IMG/VR virus record: IMGVR_UViG_3300021475_000001
Location: 32,001 to 96,000 of that record
From: a virus
Length of the DNA stretch: 64,000 bases
Reading direction: 5' to 3' (one strand)
Part shown: in pieces, positions 21,256 through 32,010 of the stretch
Numbering within the stretch: the stretch's first letter is position 1
How the letters are laid out: every line of letters starts with the position of its first letter
The notes under the pieces: generated by a model
What the model saw: only the letters and a program-made list of their open reading frames with translations
What the model was told of the DNA's origin: nothing
The model's database searches: none
Translations under genes and position numbers: made by a program

Positions 21256-21898
21256 TCAGGAAATTCCATGTCTAGTTCCACAGCCATAACTGCAATTATA
21301 CTTTGTAACGTTTGCTTGTCTCTGGCCCAGAAGGTGACGGCGCTACGGTCATCATCTTCCGGTGTCGAGTGTTCAAGTATCTCTTTTGGTGACTTTAGCC
21401 AGACACGCAGACCATAAAATGTCTCGTTGCCGTTGACGTTATCCTTCTGAATCAGTTCGATGCCTTCACCCATTTCCTCTTCATAGATGTGAATCCGCAT
21501 CTCATTCCTCCCAAAGAGTAATACGTTTCTGAAGTATGTCTAAATAGACTTTCATGATAGTGACTTGTGATGCCAATAAAGCGTATTCGTCATGACTCAA
21601 CTTATAGGCTTTTCCACTAGAGAAGAAGTCGATCAGTCTTTTTAATCGATCCTCTAATTGTGCCCGTTCCGCAAGAACACGTGATTGCCATTCTTCCATC
21701 GTTGTGTTCTCCATTACTGTGATGTGCCATTTGCCTATCATTTGACGTTCTCGTACCCCCTTAGAACCAGTTCAGCACAGTATTTACGTTCGCTCTTTTC
21801 AAATTCTGCTATGGCTTTATTCAAATTCTCTATTTGTTTTCGGAAATACCTTACAGTATCTATAAGATATTCATCTGATTTTCCAGTAAAATCTTCCA

Positions 21899-23392
21899 TC
21901 AGTCAGCCGCCACTTTGGATTGATTGTCATCGACCAGTTTGTGGTAGTCTTTACTCTTACCCATTCGCACCGAGTCAATACAGAACTGAGCAGATGCGTA
22001 ATTCTGGGATATTACCACCGAGAACCATTGGCGCTCGTTACGCGCCTTACCCACAAACAGACGAGCAATGTTTAGTTCATGCTCTGCCTTGGTCTGGGAG
22101 TAAAACAGTGCATAGTCACAGGTGGCGATCTTGCTTATATCTTCTGCGGTGTGTTCCGTGTCAACTTGCTTGGCGTTCTCACCGGCTCGATTGGTTTGTG
22201 ACGCTATCACCATAGCTAAACTTCGTTTCTTAGCTAAACCACGCAACTTGATAATCAGTCGCGAGATGGCGTGACGCGGGTCATGTCGGTCATCGTATGA
22301 CATTAGGTCAGGGTAGTCTAATAGAATAATGCGTGGGATAAAGCGATGAACAATTTCCAATTGGTCAAGAAAGGCTTCCAGCTTGTCATAGGTCAGATCA
22401 CCTGACGGAAACTCTTTGATCCACAAGCGCGACAGACGCCGCTCGGTGTAGCGTCCTTCGAACTTGTCAATTTCACGGTATAGAAAGTTCTTTACACGTT
22501 GATTGGCACTGTCGTAACTCTCACTGTCATTTGGTGCCATACTCTGTGCTGGGTTCTTTCGCCGCACAAAACCAAGCACACGCCCCATGTTGTCACGATC
22601 AAATTCGGTAATGTCATCATTAGTGGCACGTTTGGCCAAATTGAAGTTGGTCTGCATGTAACGTTGCGCAGTGGCGTCTTCACTATTCTCTAGTGTAATA
22701 TGCAAAGCAGTCCAACCGGGTGTATTCATGGCAATTTTACCCACGTGGTGCATCCACATTGATTTTCCGCGACCACGTGGTGCCATAAAGAGAAATAGTT
22801 CACCAATGCCTGGATTGATCCCTTCCTTATCCAGTTCCGGTATCTGCAAGGACAGACGCATCACCGAGGGGTCTTTATCCAGAAAGGCTAAAGAACGTGC
22901 GGTATCGGCAAGATTAAAACCAAGTTCGTTCTGATCGGCGTGAAAATTACTGACACGTGATAGTATTGCTTCGCATTTATCGTAGTCTTCGGGACTTTGA
23001 CTTTGACTTAAGATAGTACCAGCTTCGAAGATCGCACGTTTCAAGTTCTGCCGCCGCGCAAATTCAAATAATCGACTGCGGATATACTCGGTGTTTAATG
23101 TATTGGAGATGGACAACATGCCGCGCAAAATGCGCGTGTACAGTGTGTGTTGCTTGTGATTGGTGTCAGATAACACATAGTCGAAGTGGTCATCGACATG
23201 TGTGCCTTCGGGAGCCTTGTTGTAACGCTGCCAGTATTCGATACAGCGAGCGGTTATGTCACGATACGGGTCTTCGAACCAATCCAGTGACACTAAAGTT
23301 GACAGTAAACGGGTGTTGTCATCTGTGACATACACCAGTGCCGTGACGATGGACTCTTGTAAAGAGGTGGCAAGAGTCCCGTCGTCAGCCAT
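21899..23392 (-). CDS. DnaB-like replicative helicase
   Basis: Walker A APRGRGKS, ITLEN, LLDYPD, ASQTNR, KARN. Confidence 0.8.
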   Translation of the reverse strand: MADDGTLATSLQESIVTALVYVTDDNTRLLSTLVSLDWFEDPYRDITARCIEYWQRYNKAPEGTHVDDHFDYVLSDTNHKQHTLYTRILRGMLSISNTLNTEYIRSRLFEFARRQNLKRAIFEAGTILSQSQSPEDYDKCEAILSRVSNFHADQNELGFNLADTARSLAFLDKDPSVMRLSLQIPELDKEGINPGIGELFLFMAPRGRGKSMWMHHVGKIAMNTPGWTALHITLENSEDATAQRYMQTNFNLAKRATNDDITEFDRDNMGRVLGFVRRKNPAQSMAPNDSESYDSANQRVKNFLYREIDKFEGRYTERRLSRLWIKEFPSGDLTYDKLEAFLDQLEIVHRFIPRIILLDYPDLMSYDDRHDPRHAISRLIIKLRGLAKKRSLAMVIASQTNRAGENAKQVDTEHTAEDISKIATCDYALFYSQTKAEHELNIARLFVGKARNERQWFSVVISQNYASAQFCIDSVRMGKSKDYHKLVDDNQSKVAAD

Positions 23393-23525
23393 AGTGGCTC
23401 CTGCCGATTAAAGATCACGGGAATAAAGAACTTGGACTAGTGATAGTCTAGTGAAGCAGTGTCGCTGTCAATGTGCGATTGACCCTCTATTTCTACTATA
23501 CGCAGCGTAATTTACCAGTGTTGCT

Positions 23526-24560
23526 TTATCGGTGAAAAAGCCGGCTAATAACGTTTCTAGCTGACTTTACCGGTGAACCCCATCGTTGTCTTACTTCACC
23601 GGGTGTTTTCATCTTCGGCGCGTTTTGTCCGATTAACTTAACGATTTCACCATGTAGTGGTTCTAACCTATTGTTTATCGACAAGAGAAAGATTGCTAAC
23701 GCGCCAAAACCATACGCCTCACCTAATACTTCGGTCCAATACTTACGACGGTGTGCGGTAAAAGCGTGTTCTACCCATCTCTTTGCGCGTATATTAAAAA
23801 CAGTCGTATCTATAAATAAAGCACCGTTACTCAACCGGCGATATTTGAGTGACACTAACTCACTGTCTCTAAACATGGTCATATTTCTAAATTCATCCAT
23901 TATGCCTGCTTCTAGCGCACGGTGTAGTGATCTCCGCAATTTTGGGTCTGATTGAAACGTCGGTAAACGTTCATTCAATGCATTAAAAAATAGCTTTCGT
24001 AATTCGGACAAAGAGGTAAACCCTTTATCTGCCAAATTCACAACAGGAGGAGGTTGCGGCGACGATTTTATTGGTATCGTTTCTGGTATCGGTTCTGGTT
24101 CGGGTATCGGTTCTGGTTTAAGTGTAAACGTCACTGGTTCCAATGTCATTGGCCGTGACATGGTGTAAGTGACGCTAAACACCGATGTGATTTGCTCGGT
24201 TTCACACGCTAGACAGACGGTGTGTCGCGCAGTACTCCACGTACTGCGGATCACCGGACCCCCACAATCAGGGCAAGACTTCCCATTGATATAAGCCAAC
24301 CGGATACTATCGTTCCAATCTAGTCTATGTCTGGTGTGAGATTTACGTTCTATACCAATACGTGACAGATCGTAGCGAAAGTAGCGCCACCTCGCTTCAC
24401 TTCCAGATGGGATCGGTTTACCCTTATTACGTGGTTGGGCGAGATACCACCTAGTTGCTTTGTGAAGCGGAATATCCTCTTCAATCTCTTCAAACAGAAC
24501 ACCTACCGTAAACCAGTCACGGCTACGCAGCTTCTGGTAGACAAGTGTTTGCCAACTCAA
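23526..24560 (-). CDS. hypothetical protein with CxxC zinc ribbon
   Basis: CPDCGG...CLAC; PEP-rich linker. Confidence 0.5.
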   Translation of the reverse strand: MSWQTLVYQKLRSRDWFTVGVLFEEIEEDIPLHKATRWYLAQPRNKGKPIPSGSEARWRYFRYDLSRIGIERKSHTRHRLDWNDSIRLAYINGKSCPDCGGPVIRSTWSTARHTVCLACETEQITSVFSVTYTMSRPMTLEPVTFTLKPEPIPEPEPIPETIPIKSSPQPPPVVNLADKGFTSLSELRKLFFNALNERLPTFQSDPKLRRSLHRALEAGIMDEFRNMTMFRDSELVSLKYRRLSNGALFIDTTVFNIRAKRWVEHAFTAHRRKYWTEVLGEAYGFGALAIFLLSINNRLEPLHGEIVKLIGQNAPKMKTPGEVRQRWGSPVKSARNVISRLFHR

Positions 24561-25564
24561 TGAACCAGCCTCGGCTGTTCGGGTGTTGCACTATTGATGC
24601 GATTGATACGTTCTACTTCGGCACGAAGCGACTTGGTTTTCTCCGACAGTTCTTCCAGTAGCACCAAGAACATGTCGAGACGCGGTAGCGCCGCCAGATG
24701 AAGATGATCCATACCTTCGTCAATCAGGTTCACCACATTCTTTACATAGCCCCGCAATCGTACTGCCTTTGTTGGCTGTGCCCGTCCGTGCTTGGCTTGT
24801 TGCTTCATCCGTGAGTCGGTCGTGGCCTGAACGTAATCATCAATAACGTGAATTGACGATGCTTCGTCACGGGTCTTTTTGATGTCACGTGCCAGTTGTT
24901 CAATTTCTTGGTTGGTGGAACCGTAGTTTAGTGCGGTCTTTATCGCCTTCTCGTAGACCACCTCCGAATGGACACCAGCTAAAGCAACCAGAGCCTTGCG
25001 ACCGATTTTGTGACGGTTGCTGTCGTAACCGTACTTACGCGCGCGCCGGATCGCTTGCTCTTCGGTCCAGAAACTACTCAGGGCTGCGAGCTTGACATTC
25101 CAGCCACGGGCTAACTCAGCCAACGGCTTTTTGTAGCGGATGTGCATCTCACAAATCTGGGTTAAGGTGTCACGGTGTGAAGGGGCGGTACCTTCAATGG
25201 TGTTCGCCATTCGACACAAGGTTTCGCGTCGGTAGTTGTCTGCTTCAGTGACCACGTAGGCGTCAAAGACCTTTTTATTGGCCGTGTTTGCTGCCTCAAT
25301 CCGGTGACAGCCAGTGGCAATCTCGTATTTGAATGGCCTCTTTTCCGCAGGGTCGATTGTCAGTAAGATGATGGCGGGGAATTCAATCCCATCTTCCATC
25401 TTTATCGCGTAGTCGAGATATTTTTCATCGTTGAGTTTCTGTTCCAGCCGTGACGGGTTCTCCATCGATGCCTTAAGATCGATGTCCTTAATTTGAATGA
25501 CCTTGACGTAGGTGTACTTCCAACCACCTCTCGTCAGAAAGGCTTCAGTCTTCGGGTCTAACAT
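24557..25564 (-). CDS. ParB/Srx N-terminal domain protein
   Basis: FPAIIL...YEIATGCHRIEAA. Confidence 0.65.
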   Translation of the reverse strand: MLDPKTEAFLTRGGWKYTYVKVIQIKDIDLKASMENPSRLEQKLNDEKYLDYAIKMEDGIEFPAIILLTIDPAEKRPFKYEIATGCHRIEAANTANKKVFDAYVVTEADNYRRETLCRMANTIEGTAPSHRDTLTQICEMHIRYKKPLAELARGWNVKLAALSSFWTEEQAIRRARKYGYDSNRHKIGRKALVALAGVHSEVVYEKAIKTALNYGSTNQEIEQLARDIKKTRDEASSIHVIDDYVQATTDSRMKQQAKHGRAQPTKAVRLRGYVKNVVNLIDEGMDHLHLAALPRLDMFLVLLEELSEKTKSLRAEVERINRINSATPEQPRLVH

Positions 25565-25905
25565 GAGTTTCCTCCACTAGTGAACAGTATTTGTCCAGCA
25601 ATTCAATCAGACACTCGGCGCAGTACTTGCGATTGACGTTGTTTACCCGCATTAGAAGACCAGATTCTTGTGGTCCATGTCTATTACAACAGTAAGAGCC
25701 GGAAGTGCTTGGCTTAGACTCCCACATGCCAAAATCAAATTCGGTCATTTACATCTCCGTAAAGCGCGGGCGATCTTCTTCGCGTGTCGCTTGTCCAGAC
25801 AGAGTGCCTGAACCTTACCCCGTCGAGATATCACTTGCCACGTCTTTTGCATCCCGTTGGTTGGTTCGTAAACAGAACGTGGAAGGAAGACTTTAAAAAC
25901 GGCTT

Positions 25906-26586
25906 TCATCGTATCACTTCCAATTCCCACTGTTCGATCACTGGTAGTAGCGCCGCCCAAGGATTGGCTCGGCGCTTGGCTTCAATCTCTTCCCTGGTGT
26001 CAAATTCACCAGCAAACAATTTGCGGGTCAGTTCACGATACTGGTTGCCCATAATCTCCTGATTCATTATACAGATTGTGGGGTCCCAGATAAGTGACAA
26101 CAGAGCGTTTAACTTATGGGGCCAGTGTACGACACGGGTGATTGCCGAAACCGGAATGACACCACGATGCGAACAGGTACCAAGATACCGTAGTGAAGCT
26201 TCCCACCAAGTGATTAGATCCTTCTGGATTGTTCCAGGGATATAATTGTAGCTGAACTGTTTCTTCCGATAGTGAAGAGTGCGTTGCTTCATGTTACCAT
26301 CTATACCGTCACTGCCTCTGTTAGCCTGTTCCAGAAAGTCTTCATCGGGAAACAGGTTGTCATCGTCTAGCAGGTCGGTGTCAACTTCGATTACAGCGCA
26401 GCGTGCGTCTCCCTGCACAGCATTGAACGCAAAGTAGGGTGCGTAGCTGTCGGTCAGATAGACGCATTTGGGGTTGCTGTTAACTGTGTGCTTCCAGTTA
26501 TTTGTGCCCTTTGCACCGCGTGGCTTTATGCCATTTGTGAGTATGTCACTCAGAAATGCGCCACTGGTGCCGTGATAGAGTTTCAT
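25906..26586 (-). CDS. putative ADP-ribosyltransferase-fold protein
   Basis: LYHGTS..IL..GI.P, VYLT, as in H-type ART/KptA-like domains. Confidence 0.5.
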   Translation of the reverse strand: MKLYHGTSGAFLSDILTNGIKPRGAKGTNNWKHTVNSNPKCVYLTDSYAPYFAFNAVQGDARCAVIEVDTDLLDDDNLFPDEDFLEQANRGSDGIDGNMKQRTLHYRKKQFSYNYIPGTIQKDLITWWEASLRYLGTCSHRGVIPVSAITRVVHWPHKLNALLSLIWDPTICIMNQEIMGNQYRELTRKLFAGEFDTREEIEAKRRANPWAALLPVIEQWELEVIR

Positions 26587-27768
26587 TACTTCTCAAACCC
26601 GTAACCATTGAGGTGAGATATGGCATTATCCAGGTAAAATTCGACACCTTCTGCACTTGCACCGACGAGGTGATCAAGCAACCGACGCATGTCACGCATG
26701 TCAGACCACTCCCGTTGTTCGCTTGGGAGTTGGTTAATGGCAACGATGGCGTAGGCAAGAGCCTTTCGCATAATGACGCTATCGCGTCCGGTAATGTTGT
26801 TAGTCATTATACTATTCCCTTCTCTAAATCGATCTTGCGCCATTCGTCGCGCACTACCGGATGAAATACCGAAAAGTTCTCCGGTACTTCTGGTGTCCAG
26901 TTGTCACGTGCGTGCTGTCTAAACTGCGCTTCTTCTGTGGTTGTCAGTTTGCGAAACAGTCTATCGGGCATAGCGCCTTCATACTTGTTGGTCATCTAAC
27001 TTCTCCTTGATCGGTTTTGCGTGGCGAATTAATCTTTTAATAACACCCTTGGCTTGCTTTTCGGCTCGATAGTCACTGGGTGACGCACTACAGATCATAC
27101 TAAATGGATGATCTTGATGTCTGAACTTGCAGCGCATGTGCGTACCACCTGTGACACTAAAGGCGATGTGGGTCGCCCCTATCGAATCCAAATATCGTCT
27201 AAGCCGTCGATGAAAGTCTTTCTCAACTCGCATCTGGACTACTCCAACCTTGGAGTACCCAGACTATCATAAATGACTGATAGTGTCAATAGCCTTATGC
27301 GTGGCGTCTAACCAGAAAATGCATTGTGCCTGATTCCAAGTAACTTGGAAATGCATTGTCGAGTGCTTCTGGAATTCTTGCGACGTATAACAACATACTG
27401 TGAAGTCCAACTTCACTAAATTTGGTGATGTAGTCTGCGAGTGCGCGCGCAGCAATGACACCAAGCGAGCGTTGCTCGGTAAGTGTCATATTGGGAATGG
27501 CATCGGACAGAAGCTCGCGCACGCGGTCAGCTTGTGTCTCATAGTCGGCAAACGACTTGTTGTTTCTGATACGGAAGTTTGGGGGAATCATGTGACCCAT
27601 GCCGCGCTCGCGCAGTACGGTTAGAATTCCATCCAGTAGCCAATCAGCGTTTGTGGTACTGTTGTTGGAACCAATGAAAAACAACAGACGACGGCGTAGG
27701 TCCGTCATCTGTTGCTTTGTCATCGATGGTATCTTGGCAACGATACCGTCGAATTCGGATTGGTTCAT

Positions 27769-28470
27769 TTAGAATGGTGGTGGAGGACCGTTGTTTGCGG
27801 CAGCTTGTGCATACGGGTGCGTCTTGTGGTAGTAATACGCTTTTAGGAGCACCAACATGAACTTTGCTTGCTGTTCGGATAGATCGCTGATTTTGCCAAA
27901 GTCACTTCGATGGGAGAGAACCCAGTCCTTGGCTTTCCACTGATCCGCCTGCATGTGTATGTTGTTGGGGCGACGGTCGATGTAGTCCCAATCGGACTCG
28001 TATATCTCCATGATATAAGGTCCGTGAGGACAGATATCTGCCTCTATCGATTGATAGATTTCCCAGGTAAGTGACGCTGGCGGTGGGGGTGGTGGAGGTG
28101 AGAACGGGTTTGGTTCCGTTTCGTAAAATTCTGCTTCTGACTCAAACCCATTGGGATTGTACTTCTGATACTCCACTTCCAGACGGTTCAGAACTTCTAG
28201 CGCGATATGACCAAGTGTCTCACGATATTTCTGAAGGCGATTTTGCAGTTCCAGATGACAACGATACACTTCCTGCATCGTGTTCGACTTATCGAGGGTG
28301 GCTGTCAGTTGTGAGTTGGTGTAGGCTTCCAATCCAGTGTTGTTCTTCGTGGTACGGCTGGTCATTGGCTTAGTCCTTTCGGCTTTGGCTTCGGAGGCTT
28401 TAGTAGATTGGACAAACCCGGCTTGGCGTAGTCTTTCCTTTATTTGGTCAATTTGGCTGGTTGGCTTCAT
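27769..28470 (-). CDS. hypothetical protein
   Basis: 233 aa ORF downstream of palindrome-bearing promoter region. Confidence 0.55.
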   Translation of the reverse strand: MKPTSQIDQIKERLRQAGFVQSTKASEAKAERTKPMTSRTTKNNTGLEAYTNSQLTATLDKSNTMQEVYRCHLELQNRLQKYRETLGHIALEVLNRLEVEYQKYNPNGFESEAEFYETEPNPFSPPPPPPPASLTWEIYQSIEADICPHGPYIMEIYESDWDYIDRRPNNIHMQADQWKAKDWVLSHRSDFGKISDLSEQQAKFMLVLLKAYYYHKTHPYAQAAANNGPPPPF

Positions 28471-29630
28471 CGGCTTTACTCACAGTTGTCAGTGAGTCAC
28501 TGACAATCGCGCGCTTGACTTTGACTTGTCAATAGGTCTGAAAGACGGGGTATAATAATGTCATTGACATGATTATATCAGCGAGATATGATGCGTTTCT
28601 TGAACCTCTTATAACGGATTAAAAAATGACTGATGATCTTAACCAAGTTGACATTTTGCATATTGCCGTCAAAAAACATATGCAGGATCGTTGGAGGATT
28701 CTTCTCCAAACAATCTCTTCCAGTGACGAAGAATTTGGTAAATATTTTAAAGTGCCAATTGAAGCCATTGTAGCGCAACTGTTCGGTTTTACACTTGATA
28801 TACTGAAATTACCACGTGCCAATGCCCATCGTTATATCGATTTCATAAAGAACATGCAGGAAGACAATTTTATGACCAAAGACGCGGATGAATTTCGAGC
28901 GATGATCATAAAATTAGTTGGTGAAGAACACGCCAAGGTGAAAGAGCCATATAATAGTTAACTGGCTCTAACCCTAGGTTCATCATCGTCGTCATTTTGT
29001 GGTACTGGCACTAACGCAAATCCATCGGCTAATGGTTGTATACTGACAATCGGCATGGTGACAATATGCGGTTGTGACTCATAAGGCGGTCTAGGCAGGG
29101 GTAACGTGTCATCCTGCCACCATTGTTTTAACAGTGTGTAATATCCATCGGGACCATACCAAGTGTCGGTCGCTACGGTAGTTTTAGCGACCGGCACGGT
29201 ATTAGTGTTGATAGCAAAGCCTGGCGGTTCATCCAACGGGCAATAAGGCGGCAGATAAGTCAGTGGTTCAGTGTTATCTGGTAGTAGTGCGCGTCTGTAA
29301 GCGATGATCAGCTCAAGCTGGACATGACTTAACACTAGCGCATTTGCTGCGCGTCGATTGTCGATAAAGCGATTGATGATATCGCAGATCACCTCGCGAT
29401 CCCATGTTTCTAGATCAGTAAATGTTGCCGCAAATATTAACTCATTTTTGGCATGATCCAATGCTTCTTCAATTTTCCTTTTTAGAAGAGAAAAAGTTTT
29501 ATCAATGTGTTTTCTTGTGTCCTGTCGCGTGCTATGTGACACGCTGTTGATCCCTTTTCCGAGGGTTGATGAAGAAATCGCCCCTGACCGCTGATCCCGG
29601 TCAGGGGCGAAGTTTTGTGTGTGTTACGTG

Positions 29631-30209
29631 TTATTCAGCCGCATCATCGATGGCGTCTGGCAACAGGGCACGTGGACGTGGACCCTGTTTGTCATCAATC
29701 TTTTTCATCACTGCCAGACCAACAGGCTTGGAGATGGCATTTTGCTCGATTGCCAGTTCCGCCTTACGCATGACATTTTTTAGTGTTGATGCTGCCCGCT
29801 CCCCAATCGATTGGAGATAAACCGGAAGAAACAGGTCGTGATCATCGTTCTTGATTACGCGCAGTCCCGCTGTTTTGTGATACGCGCGTGGGATAGAACA
29901 GGAAACCTCTTCCTCGGTTGGCAGTTCATCGCGTCCGCGCTGACCAGTATCATAATACGTTGCTGTCACTGGCAGTGACACGATGTTGTAGTTAGCCTGT
30001 AAGGCTTCACGGATTTTGTTACACCGCGAATAAACCCCTTGATACACTTCGCGACCCAGTTCGTCCGTAGGGAGCCATGGATCGATAGTGGGTAGTGGGC
30101 GGTTTAGTGCAGAGTGAGCAATTTCGACCAGTGTCGGATCACGATTGCCTTGTTCGATGAGACGGTAAGCCCCGCTCACCAATAAGCGCCCGTAACTGTC
30201 AAGTAACAT
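29631..30209 (-). CDS. hypothetical protein
   Basis: 192 aa with AGGAAAG RBS; follows the ParB-like gene. Confidence 0.6.
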   Translation of the reverse strand: MLLDSYGRLLVSGAYRLIEQGNRDPTLVEIAHSALNRPLPTIDPWLPTDELGREVYQGVYSRCNKIREALQANYNIVSLPVTATYYDTGQRGRDELPTEEEVSCSIPRAYHKTAGLRVIKNDDHDLFLPVYLQSIGERAASTLKNVMRKAELAIEQNAISKPVGLAVMKKIDDKQGPRPRALLPDAIDDAAE

Positions 30210-30231
30210 AGACTTTCCTTTCCCTGGTTAT

Positions 30232-31770
30232 TCACGCGTCCACGTGAATGTCGTTGCCATTTTCGATTGCCGGTTGGTCAATCGTTGTCGGCTCAGTAAA
30301 ACCGTCGAGAATGCGGAGTGCGCGACGAAGATTTGCTTTAGCCACCTGGTGATTGACACTCATAACGAGTTCAATACCAGACGGACGCTCACGGCTTAGT
30401 GTCTGTAGTTTGTCCGCTGTGACTTGTGCAGCGGAGGCAAACCGCGCGATATCGCGTTCGGCACGATGCCAACGACTTGACCAGTTCTCGCGTTCCAGTT
30501 CTTCAGCAATACGGCGTCTTTCGGCCTCGTCGGCGATATGTGACAACATACGTGGTCCAGCTACCATCTCACGTAATGTGTCAGTAATCCAGTCGGACGT
30601 AAGCTCGCGCTGTTTCTTGCCGCCGACTATCGTCTGATCTTTAAAGCGTTGGACAATGGCACGGGCAATACCGGCTTGTGCAGTAACCGGCAGTACTGCT
30701 TTAATCGCGTTGCTGGTCACCAACTCACGAAACGTTTCGAGATGTGAGGGTACGATAAAAACCCGACCACATCCGGTCATGTCAAAAGCCGGTGGCTTTT
30801 CCTTTTCCCGTGCTACTACACGTTCCTTACGTTCCGCAGCGTTGGTCTGATTAGCTTCGACTTTTGGTTTTGCCGCGCGAGCGACTTCCGCCGCACGTTT
30901 GGTAGTCTCCGCTGCAACACGTCGTTGTTCAGCTTGGTGTGCAGCTTCCTGGCGTCTTGTCTCAGCTTCCTCGGCATGCAGACGTGCCGAGGCTTCACGT
31001 GCGGCAGCTTCACGGCGTTGTTTCTCTTCTTGTGCAGCCTGTTTGGCACGTTTGGCAGCTTTAACTTCTTCACGGTGACGTTGAGCTTCCACCGCGCGTT
31101 TTTGTGCCTGTTCTTCAGCGGCGATACGGTGTTCTTCTGCTTCCTTGGCAGCAGCCTCGGCAGCGGCAATACGCTTAAGCTCAACTTCCTGTTCAGCTTC
31201 GTATCGTGCGATTTCCTCGCGTTCGATACGGTCATAGTCACCACTACTCTTTAGATGGGCGATCTGCGCACGAACAACGTGTTCACCGATTCCGCGCACA
31301 TCGTGGAGTTTTTCATAGATGGTTTTTGTACCGATACCGTCCCGACGTTGACCCCCGAGATTCGCACGCGCGATTTCGCGTGTGCGAAGTTCTTCACGCA
31401 AGCAACGTCGTAACGCGGCAGCAACGGAACCGGCGGTTGATAGTGAAGTTGCGCCACGCTGGGTGGCGTTTTCTACTGCATAGGCGTGAATCACTTGGTC
31501 ATCATCAAAGTCACCGACAAACAAGTCAGCTTCAGTGATGCCGTGTTGAAGCGCCCCCTGACGGCGATGTTCACCCGCAACCATTTGATACTTCGGTAGC
31601 TTGGAACCAGAACGCCAATCGGGGTTGAGGCGAACGATGCATCCACCCCAGAACTTGTGTGACTTAATGGATTTCACCAACTCCGCGACATTGTTCTCGT
31701 CAATCGGATCGACAGCAAAGTCACGGTAAGGATTTCTGGCTAGATTAGCCTCGTCTATTTTAATCAGCAT
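30232..31770 (-). CDS. ParB-like N-terminal domain + long coiled coil
   Basis: NPYR, ELVKSIK, YQMVAGEHRRQGA, ENATQR; Ala/Glu/Arg-rich coil. Confidence 0.7.
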   Translation of the reverse strand: MLIKIDEANLARNPYRDFAVDPIDENNVAELVKSIKSHKFWGGCIVRLNPDWRSGSKLPKYQMVAGEHRRQGALQHGITEADLFVGDFDDDQVIHAYAVENATQRGATSLSTAGSVAAALRRCLREELRTREIARANLGGQRRDGIGTKTIYEKLHDVRGIGEHVVRAQIAHLKSSGDYDRIEREEIARYEAEQEVELKRIAAAEAAAKEAEEHRIAAEEQAQKRAVEAQRHREEVKAAKRAKQAAQEEKQRREAAAREASARLHAEEAETRRQEAAHQAEQRRVAAETTKRAAEVARAAKPKVEANQTNAAERKERVVAREKEKPPAFDMTGCGRVFIVPSHLETFRELVTSNAIKAVLPVTAQAGIARAIVQRFKDQTIVGGKKQRELTSDWITDTLREMVAGPRMLSHIADEAERRRIAEELERENWSSRWHRAERDIARFASAAQVTADKLQTLSRERPSGIELVMSVNHQVAKANLRRALRILDGFTEPTTIDQPAIENGNDIHVDA

Positions 31771-32010
31771 CTGTCATCAAGACCTCTTAAGAGAGGGGCC
31801 GCCTCCCCCCGAGGGGAGGGCACCCGACTGTTGTGTCATAGCAGAGAAAAAGATGCTGTCAACAGCTAAGTCGATGTCAGTGACATTCCAAATTTTTCAG
31901 AGTGTGACACTCAATCATAATACCAAATAGCTGTCAGTGACATTTGGAACCTTGACTGCCTGGCTGGGCTGTGCTATGATTATCATAGCAAGATCAACTA
32001 GGTAAGTACG